From assembly GCA_963776345.1 (NCBI GenBank), contig CAVZMH010000001.1, positions 173,416 to 237,415 on the forward strand: 64,000 nt of DNA. The letters run 5' to 3'. Positions 50,597 through 58,642 of this stretch are shown piece after piece. Numbering within the stretch: position 1 is the first letter of the stretch; the number at the start of each line of letters is the position of its first letter. The notes beneath the pieces are model-generated. The model had not been told where the DNA came from and did not search any database. It saw nothing but the letters and a program-made list of their open reading frames with translations. The position numbers were made by a program, and so were the translations under genes. Source of the stretch: an uncultured delta proteobacterium. Its GTDB lineage: Bacteria; Myxococcota; Myxococcia; Myxococcales; Myxococcaceae.

Positions 50597-53500
50597 ATGG
50601 GCATCTCGCCTCGTCGTGCCGGGCTCGGCGCAGCCGTGCTGCTCGCCGCGAGCGCGGTCTCCGCAGCCAACGACGACGTCTTCGACTCCTTCCGGCGCTT
50701 CACCTCGAGCGACGGGAAGACGACCTTCGTCGGGCTGGAGTCCGAATCCGTCGAGCCGTTTTCTGGAATGCTAAAGTTCAGCCAGACCGACCTGGTCCTG
50801 CCGGGCAGGGCGGGCCTCGACGTGCGGCTGACGCGTAGCTACCGGAGCAAGATCTGGGGACGCGCCGACTACACGGTGCTCCAGGACGCCCTTATTGGCT
50901 ACAAGGAACCGTCGGTCCTCGGCTGGGGCTGGACCTTCCACATGGGCCAGCTGCGGAATCCGTACTCGGTGCCGACCCTGGGCACTTGCGGCGGAGACTT
51001 CCCCGTCTACACGACTTCCGAAGGCGAGGACATCGTTTTCTATCCCCTGAACCCGGGGAACTACTACTCGAAGAACTGGTGGAAGCTGGATACGAACTGC
51101 AAAACGGGAATTGTCTGCGTCTTTACTGACAATGGCATTCGCATCGAGTTCAGGAAGACAGACCAATTCTTTTATGCGTACTCGGGAACGGTTCCCGTAC
51201 TCCCCGCCGGGCAGATCTTCGATTCACACAACAATTACATCACCATCACTTACCACGCGACCTACAAGTGGGCGATCACCCAGATCATCGACGCGTGGGG
51301 GAGACAGATCGATTTCAGCTACAACTCCCCGAGCACGAGCGACCGGCTGCGCCTGCAGTACTTCACGCACAATGGGAAGCGTTTCACGTTCCAGTACACG
51401 TCCGTCCCAACCTCGGAGCGTCCCGGAGGCGGCAACACGGAGTTCCTCACCGGGGTTACCCCACCGGCGGGGCCGGGATGGAAGTACGAGTACGCCACCA
51501 CGGTCACTATTCCCGAGAACAAGTACGGACTCTCGAAGCTGACCACCCCCTTCGGGGGGACCCTCAGCTACCAGTACGGGCAGAGGGACTTCTTCGCCGG
51601 TCGAGAGACCGTCAAGCTGCAGGCGCTGCTGAAGCGTGTGCAGGGCGGCCGCGCCACGGCCGGCACCTGGACCTACGACTACGTCTCGACGAGCACCGGC
51701 ACCGAGGACGTGACCACCATCACCCGCCCGGACGCGCTGAAGGAGTTCCACCGCTACTACGGATTCGGCTGGGCGGCGCCGCAGAACAAGACCGGCATCT
51801 TGTGGCAGGTGGGTCTTCCGAAATCCGTCTCGCTTCCGATCTCCGCGACCACCAACCGAGTGGAGACCTTCACCTGGAACGCCGGTCCGGTGGTGACGTT
51901 CGGCGCCTACTACACCGCCCCGTCGTATGGCCCGAGCTGCCCGGGACTGAATCCCCAGCTCTACGACTCGAGCATCATCATGCCCGTGCTCGCCGGTCGG
52001 AGCGTCGCCCAGGACGGCGCGACCTGGGGCACGACCTATTCGGGATTCGACAGCTACGGCCGTCCAGGAACAATCACCGAGACCGGGCAGTTCACGCGGG
52101 TGAAGACCCTGACCTATCTCACCTTGACGCAGCTGCCGTCCTACCAGTTCGTTGGTCCACGCATCGCGACCCAGCGAACTCAGGTCGGCGCGGACTACTT
52201 CGACGACAGCAACGAGTTCAACACGCAGGGGGATCTCCTGAGCCAGACCCGGTCCACCGTCAAGACCACCTTCTCGTACAATGCCGACGGCACGCGGCTG
52301 AGAACCACCGATCCCCTGGGCTCGTACATCGAGTTCCGCGACTACCCGGGCGGGAAGGGTCTGCCGCGGATCGTCGACTACAACGGCGTCTACAGCGTGA
52401 CCCGGAACTTCACCCCCGAGGGGTGGATCCAGGACGAGACGAACGGTCGGAACAAGCTCACCCGCTGGACGTACGACGACCTCGGCCGGCCACTCACGAT
52501 GACCCGGCCGATCGGTGCCGGAGTCACGTACAGCTACGCGCCGGACAACTCGTGGAGCAAGGCGACGGTCGGCTCTCCCAACTTTCATACCCGGAGCTAC
52601 GACGGATTCGGTCGGAGCACCGGAGAGGGAGACTCGGAGGGGGTCCTCACCCAGCTCACCTACGACGCACTCGGGCGCTTGAATTTGAAGTCATACCCGT
52701 ACGACGGCACGACGCTGATCGGCGGGTCGCCACCGGGCGACACGTTCCAGCTGGATGGGATCGGCCGAACGACGAAGATCACTCACTCCGATGGGAAGGC
52801 GGCGAGCGTTTCCTTCACGGGGGCGACGGTCACCAGGACGGACGAGCGCGGGTACATCACCAAGCTCACCTACGCCTCCGCGGGCGAACCGGACACGCGC
52901 CGGCTGAGCAAGGTGTTCGACGCGGCGAACTACACCTGGACCTACGATTACAACGCGCACGACAGCCTGACGGCGATCCATGCACCCATCGGCCTCGCGG
53001 ATCGCACCTACGGCTACGACACACGGAACTTCCTCAAGACCGAGAGCTCGCTCGACCACGGGACCATCATCTGGAACAGGAACGATCTCGGGCAACCGAC
53101 GGATCGGACCGACGCGGAGGGGCTCAAGGAGACGTACACCTACGACACGCTCCACCGGAAGAAGACAGTCAAGTACGGGTCGGGGTCCAGCGACGACACG
53201 ACGTTCGGCTGGGACAACGAGAACAACCTCACCAGCGTCAGCAACTCCAACGGCGGGACCTTCACCCTCACCTACGACGACCTGAACCGGCTCACCGACC
53301 AGGTCTGGAGCTACCTGAGCATGACCTTCAGCAGCTCGTGGAGGTTCGACTCGGTGGGATGCAACACCACCGTGATTTACCCGAGCGGGCTTTCCGTCTC
53401 GCAGAGCTGTGACACCGCCAACCGGGTGAAGGCAGTCACCGGTTACGCGACCTCTGTCAGCTACCACCCCACCGGGAAGATCAAATCCGTCACCCTCGCC

Positions 53501-54100
53501 AACGGGAAGGTCTCGACAACGACTTTCGATGCGCGCCAGCGACCCTGGACCATCAACGTCCCGGGAGTGATCGGTCTGGTGTACGGGTACGACGAGATCG
53601 GGAACGTCACCTTGTTCGACAACACGGCGGTGCCGAACTCGTCGCGCACCATGACCTACGATCCGCTCGAGCGACTCAGGTTCGTGGATGCGACCGGCCT
53701 CTGGCGCCACGCGGATCACTTCTACGACGCGGTTGGCAACCGCTGGTACAAGGAGATCGACGGACGGCACACCGACTACGTCTATACCAACAATCGGCTG
53801 AGCTCTGCGACTGGCGCCGAACCGGCCACCTACACGTACGACCTGGCGGGTCGGCTCAAGAGCGACGGGACGGCCACCTACACCTGGGACGTCGCCGGGC
53901 GGCTCAGCACGGCCCCGAATTCGTCGTACGCCTACGACGGTCGTGATTTCAGATTCAAGCGAGTCGAGGCAGGCCGGACGATTCTCTTCCATCACTCGCC
54001 CTCGGGCACCTTGATGTCCGAGACGACGTCGACCGGGAAGAAGCTGCGGGACTTCATCAGGGTCGCCGGGTCCGTCATCGCAGCCGACGGGCGGCGCTAG
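50597..54100 (+). CDS. Rhs/YD-repeat protein with signal peptide, lacking the Rhs core and toxin tip
   Basis: Signal (AVLLAASAVSA); VEPFSG.L…TDL.LPGR.GL…TRSY (DUF6531-like); many YD..GR repeats; ends RDFIRVAGSVIAADGRR*. Confidence 0.9.
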   Translation: MGISPRRAGLGAAVLLAASAVSAANDDVFDSFRRFTSSDGKTTFVGLESESVEPFSGMLKFSQTDLVLPGRAGLDVRLTRSYRSKIWGRADYTVLQDALIGYKEPSVLGWGWTFHMGQLRNPYSVPTLGTCGGDFPVYTTSEGEDIVFYPLNPGNYYSKNWWKLDTNCKTGIVCVFTDNGIRIEFRKTDQFFYAYSGTVPVLPAGQIFDSHNNYITITYHATYKWAITQIIDAWGRQIDFSYNSPSTSDRLRLQYFTHNGKRFTFQYTSVPTSERPGGGNTEFLTGVTPPAGPGWKYEYATTVTIPENKYGLSKLTTPFGGTLSYQYGQRDFFAGRETVKLQALLKRVQGGRATAGTWTYDYVSTSTGTEDVTTITRPDALKEFHRYYGFGWAAPQNKTGILWQVGLPKSVSLPISATTNRVETFTWNAGPVVTFGAYYTAPSYGPSCPGLNPQLYDSSIIMPVLAGRSVAQDGATWGTTYSGFDSYGRPGTITETGQFTRVKTLTYLTLTQLPSYQFVGPRIATQRTQVGADYFDDSNEFNTQGDLLSQTRSTVKTTFSYNADGTRLRTTDPLGSYIEFRDYPGGKGLPRIVDYNGVYSVTRNFTPEGWIQDETNGRNKLTRWTYDDLGRPLTMTRPIGAGVTYSYAPDNSWSKATVGSPNFHTRSYDGFGRSTGEGDSEGVLTQLTYDALGRLNLKSYPYDGTTLIGGSPPGDTFQLDGIGRTTKITHSDGKAASVSFTGATVTRTDERGYITKLTYASAGEPDTRRLSKVFDAANYTWTYDYNAHDSLTAIHAPIGLADRTYGYDTRNFLKTESSLDHGTIIWNRNDLGQPTDRTDAEGLKETYTYDTLHRKKTVKYGSGSSDDTTFGWDNENNLTSVSNSNGGTFTLTYDDLNRLTDQVWSYLSMTFSSSWRFDSVGCNTTVIYPSGLSVSQSCDTANRVKAVTGYATSVSYHPTGKIKSVTLANGKVSTTTFDARQRPWTINVPGVIGLVYGYDEIGNVTLFDNTAVPNSSRTMTYDPLERLRFVDATGLWRHADHFYDAVGNRWYKEIDGRHTDYVYTNNRLSSATGAEPATYTYDLAGRLKSDGTATYTWDVAGRLSTAPNSSYAYDGRDFRFKRVEAGRTILFHHSPSGTLMSETTSTGKKLRDFIRVAGSVIAADGRR

Positions 54101-54117
54101 CCGTGGGGGGACATTCG

Positions 54118-56338
54118 ATGAACCGGTGCCTCGGCAGACTCTTGCTCGTGTCGTTGCTGTGCCTGGGAGTCTCCTGCTCCCGCAGCCAGAAGAGCGAGGA
54201 GGTCGAACAGAAGAAGCAGGAGATCAGCATCTGCGGCCCGAGCCCGGGACCGGGTGAGCAGTGCTTCAGCTGGGTCTGCGACTCGCAGTCCCAGTCCTGG
54301 GAGATCGTGCCCAAGAACGAGGGACTCTCCTGCAACGATGGGAATGCCTGCACCTACGGCGACATCTGCCGGAGCGGAGACTGCGCCGGCACGGCGATCT
54401 CGTGTGGCGACACCGGATGCGCGGTCGGAACGTGCAATGGAACATCGAGCTGCACCTACACGCTGAAGTCCGCGGCCACCGTCTGCCGGCCGTCCGTGAA
54501 CGCGACCTGCGATCCGGCGGAGGTCTGCGACGGCGTCACCCTCTACTGTCCAGCAGACGTCCACGCGGCGGGCGGGACATCGTGCACACTCGGCCCTTGC
54601 TACAACCTGGGGAGCTGCGACAGCTACACCGGTGCGTGCTTCTCCGCCCCCAAGCCCGCGGGCACGGTCGTTGCGAGCCATCCAGGCACTTGCCAGAAGG
54701 ACGACGTCTGCGGCGGCGGCGGCCATCTGATCGTCGGTGGCCCCTGGCAGGCCGGGATCATCTGCCAGCTCGCGTACGATTGCTGGACCGACCGGGTCTG
54801 CGACGGGACGAACCTGGGCTGTCCCGCGGCGAGGATCGCGTCGGCCGGGACGCTCTGCCGTCCGCCTCCGTCGTTCGGGGGCGAGTGCGACGTGCCCGAA
54901 TACTGCGACGGAGTGAACAGCTGGTGCCCCGCCGACCTCCGCAAGCCGACGGGCACCGTCTGCCGGCCGTCGACGGGCCCGTGTGATCCCGCAGAGGTCT
55001 GCTACGGCTTCGGCGGTCCCCAGGGTTGTCCACCGGATCAGCTCGCGGCTGCGGGGACGGTGTGCCGCGCGGCAGTCGGAGCGTGCGACCTCCCGGAAAG
55101 CTGCAACGGAAGCTCGGCCGCGTGCCCGGCGAATTCGGCGAAGCCGGCGGGGACGGTGTGCCGCGCGGCAGCCGGACCGTGCGATGTCACCGAGACGTGT
55201 GACGGAAGTCCGAGCGGCTGCCCCCTGGACCGGAAGAAGCTGGCGGGAACGGTCTGTCGCCCGGCGACCGTCGCGTGCGACGCGCCCGAGACATGCGACG
55301 GCGCGGGCAACGCCTGCCCCTCGGACGCGTTCGCCTCGGCCAGCGCGGAGTGCGGGACCAACTCCTGCGATCACTGCTCGGGGATCAACACCTCCTGCGT
55401 GACGGACACCTCACAGGCGTGCTTCACCAAGACCTACCGCCACGACGACGCGCTCGGCTCGGTGTACGCCCAGACAGACGCGTCGGGGAACGTCGTCGCC
55501 CGGTACGACTATCTCCCGTACGGCGAGCTCTATTCGGGGGCGCGCTCGACCGTTGACCTGTCGTTCAACTCACGGGTTCGTGACGCCACCGGCCTGATCG
55601 CCCTGGGCGAGCGGAACTTCAGTCCAGCGCTGGGCAGGTTCCTCTCGCCCGACACCCAGCTCGGCTCGCTCGAGGAGCCGCAGACGCTCAACCGGTACGG
55701 GTACTGCCGCCTCAATCCGTACCGCTACGAGGATCCCAGCGGGCGAATTCCGATCGACACCATCTGGGACCTCGCGAACGTCATCTACGACATCGCCGTG
55801 GACGACAGGGAGGCGCTCGCCTGGGACCTCGCGGCGCTGGCGATCCCGTACGTCCCGGCTGGGAGCAACGAAGGCTCGTCAAGGTCGGGAAAGGCCATCG
55901 CCGCGGTGGAAGCGCGAGGCCAAGGTCGTCGCCGCCGAGGCGAAGCTCGTGGCGCGCGAAGCCGAGGCGGCCTCGAGTGCCGCAAAGGGGGTTGGTGCTA
56001 ACCAGGCAGCAGGCAAGGCGTTCGAGGCCAAAGTGGCTGGGCAGACGGAAGCCGAAGGCTGGGCCGTCGGACGAGAAGTGACGGTCGAGACGTCGTCCGG
56101 TGTTCGCACCCGGATCGACATCGTCGGCACCAAAGGCGGGGCTGTTCGATGCGTTGAGTGCAAGCTCGTCAGCGACGGCTCCGCTCACTCCGAACCAGCG
56201 TGCAGCGTTCCCAGAGATCGGGTCGATGTGGCGCAACTGTCCGAGGGCTGGGCAAGCCGAACGTGCCTGGCGGATACACGATCACCGCGCGTCGAAGTCG
56301 GAATGATTCGAGCCCTGATTGATGTAAGGCGAGACTAG
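54118..56338 (+). CDS. Lipoprotein with disintegrin-like Cys repeats, Rhs repeat-associated core and PD-(D/E)xK nuclease-type toxin tip (frameshifts after about 55865)
   Basis: GGGGGA RBS; lipobox LGVSC; CR…G.CD..E.CDG repeats; YRHDDALGS…RYDYLPYGE…GRFLSPD…NRYGY..LNP.RYEDPSG; RTRID…VECK. Confidence 0.8.
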
Positions 56339-56343
56339 AACTC

Positions 56344-56680
56344 ATGAGCGTCCAGGAACCTCAGACGATTGACATCGTGGCAACGTCGGCCGGACTCCCG
56401 TGAGGTTCGGCTCGTGCATCACCGGATCGACTCCCTTGGTCCGACGAAGACACCCACCTTCAGCTTCTGCAAGAGAAGCTGAACACGTACATTGGCCTTC
56501 GTGGAGTCGGGCCAGCTGCTCAAGCTGACCAGCCCCAAAGTGCCTCCCGACCCGGAAATCACCGTCGTCATTGCGGCTCAGCATCCGCCTACGTTGGCAG
56601 CGGAGACGTTCCTCGAACGGGTCAAGGAGGTCCTGTCCGGTATTGGGATCGGCTCGCTGTTCGAACTCCGTGCGGACTGA
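56344..56680 (+). CDS. DUF6572-like protein, candidate immunity protein (several apparent frameshifts)
   Basis: MSVQEPQTIDIV…L.ITD.LPW…HLQLLQEKLNTY.AFVESGQL pieced across frames. Confidence 0.6.
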
Positions 56681-56773
56681 ACCTGCCGAGTGATGGCCCA
56701 AGTGGATTGCCCACGATCAGCCGTCCGGCACAAGCTGAAGGTTCCGCCACTCCCCTGTAGTGCTCCCCCGAGA

Positions 56774-57598
56774 TCAAGCCACACGTGAGACTTCCGCTCG
56801 GTACTCCCTCGGGCTCCTGTAGCCGAGTGCTTGATGAGGCCTGCCGTCGTTGTACCAGTCGATCCAGCGCGCGATGGCAGCTCGAGCTTCGGCGAAGCTC
56901 TCGAAGTTCCGCTGCCAGACGCACTCCTCCTTGAGGCTGCGGAAGAAGCGCTCGACCAGCCCGTTCTGCTCCGGCGTGTAGGGCGTGATGAATTCCTGCC
57001 GAAGGCGGTAATCGCGGCAAGCGGCCCGAAACCGCCGGCTCTGGAAGATGAGCCCGTTGTCGCTCCGGAGCAGCGGCGTTGGCCCCTCGGGCCGCAAGGT
57101 CCCGAAACGGGCGATGCACGCCTCCTCGATGGCTCGCTCCGCCTCCTTGGCGCGCCCACGAAGCGCAAACTCGTAGCCGATGACTTCCCGGTCGTGACAG
57201 TCGATGACGGCGGCCAGATGCGCCCAGCCGTCGCCGCCGCAGGGCACGTGCGTCATGTCCATCGCCCAGCGCTGGTTGCTCTGCTCAGCCTGGCTCCGCT
57301 TCCCATGCACGCGTGGCCGGGGCGTCCAGGTGCGCTGATGGACAAACCAACGCTTCTGCTCCAGCACTCGGTAAACGGCCTTCCGGTTGACACGGACGCC
57401 TTGGCGGAAGCGCAGCATCGCCCAGATGCGCCGGTAGCCGAACGTCGGGTGCTCGTGGATGAGCGAGTTGATTCGGGCAACCAGGAGCTCGTCGAGCACG
57501 GGCGCGGGCGCACGCACTTGCCGACGCGGTCGTGACCGCGCCACGTGGAGGATGCGGCACGCCTGACGTTCGGACAGCTCCGGCATCGCCGCCCTCAC
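56774..57598 (-). CDS. IS3-family transposase OrfB (DDE integrase core)
   Basis: FGYRRI, WAMDMT, VIDC, RSDNG..F, TPEQNGLVERFFRSLKEE, YN..RPH.AL. Confidence 0.93.
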   Translation of the reverse strand: MRAAMPELSERQACRILHVARSRPRRQVRAPAPVLDELLVARINSLIHEHPTFGYRRIWAMLRFRQGVRVNRKAVYRVLEQKRWFVHQRTWTPRPRVHGKRSQAEQSNQRWAMDMTHVPCGGDGWAHLAAVIDCHDREVIGYEFALRGRAKEAERAIEEACIARFGTLRPEGPTPLLRSDNGLIFQSRRFRAACRDYRLRQEFITPYTPEQNGLVERFFRSLKEECVWQRNFESFAEARAAIARWIDWYNDGRPHQALGYRSPREYRAEVSRVA

Positions 57599-57921
57599 TC
57601 GTCCGACGTCTTCGGCACAAAAGGGCGGTCCTTGGTCGCCTCCCGCAGAACGTCGTTCTCGAGCACCAGCTCGCCGACCTTCTGCTTGAGCTTCCGAATC
57701 TGCTCGTCCTTCAGCGCCTCGTCGTCCTTCGGCCGCGCTCGAAGCGCATTCTCCGCGGCGAGGAGGAATCGGTCGCGCCAATCCTCGATTTCAGCGACGG
57801 TCAGCCCGTGCTTTCGGGCCGCCTCCTGCACTGACGTTTCGCCCTTCAGGATGCTCGTCACGAGGGCGACACGTCGCTTCGCCGTCCAGCGCTGCAGGTC
57901 CTCCGGAATCTCGCCTGCCAT
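57595..57921 (-). CDS. IS3-family OrfA (HTH, DUF1153-like)
   Basis: RWTAKRR..LV…EAARKHGL..AEIE.W, coiled coil LKQKVGEL.LEN; GGAAGGA RBS. Confidence 0.9.
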   Translation of the reverse strand: MAGEIPEDLQRWTAKRRVALVTSILKGETSVQEAARKHGLTVAEIEDWRDRFLLAAENALRARPKDDEALKDEQIRKLKQKVGELVLENDVLREATKDRPFVPKTSDE

Positions 57922-57993
57922 TCCTTCCCCACCTCTCCGCGGCCAACTCCACCGCGTCTTAAGGGTGGCTTCAACTCAGAGGGGAGCGGGATA

Positions 57994-58640
57994 GACGGCC
58001 ACGACGCGCCGGGTACCTCCGCAGCGCGGGAAGGTGAGGACGTCGGTCTGGAAAGTCCGCCGGAGGAGCTCGGCCCAGGGGATGGGGCGTCGGGGCAGGC
58101 GCCGCCGGACGGGCTCGGGTGCCACCGGGCAAGAGGCTGTCTGGGCCAGTGGTGGAGGGGCGGGAGGCGTGAGGACGACGCGGGGGCGTACCCGGGCGTT
58201 GGGGGCGAAGACGGGCCACCGTGAGGGCCAGCGTCTCCACCTCGGCGTCGTGGGCGGAGGCACGGGGTACAGACGCATGTCCGTCTCGTCCACCTCCTCG
58301 AAGACGGCCTCGGGGAGCAGGACGTGGAAGTGCGGCGTCAGCTGGACGCCGAGCCGAAGCGCTGGACGAAGGCCACCGCTCCGGTGACAGGCCGGGACAG
58401 CCCAAGCCGCCTCGCCGTCCGGCGCTGGAAAGCGAAGAGCGCCCGGACGAAGAGGCCCAGCACCTCGGAGAGGAGCCGGGCGTCCCTGGCCAGGCAGAAG
58501 CGCACCGGCATGGGCAGCGACAGCGTCCACTGCCGGTAAAGCGCTCTGGGCAGGACGCGCTCGGTGAGGTGGATGGCGGTGTCGCGCGCCCGGCGCGCGT
58601 TGCAGGACGGGACGAGCACCTCGCACACCGCAGGCAAGGG
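57994..58640 (-). pseudogene. Internally deleted IS91-family (HUH/Y2) transposase remnant
   Basis: PSCNARRA…HL.ERVLP…RQWTLSLP, QRFGS, PHFHVL (HUH), W.ELLRRTF..DVL..PRCGG in several frames. Confidence 0.75.
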
Positions 58641-58642
58641 TC

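Larger units (their letters stand above)
56756..57993 (-). mobile_element. IS3-family insertion sequence (IS2-like ends)
   Basis: Imperfect terminal IRs TGTAGTGCTCCCCCGAGATCAAGCCAC / GTGGCTTCAACTCAGAGGGGAGCGGGATA; orfA and orfB in -1 arrangement. Confidence 0.88.

Noticed and set aside
54090..54120. TAG readthrough joining the two Rhs genes
   Set aside because: The downstream ORF is in a different frame and has its own RBS and lipoprotein signal, so simple readthrough cannot join them. An indel artefact still needs checking.
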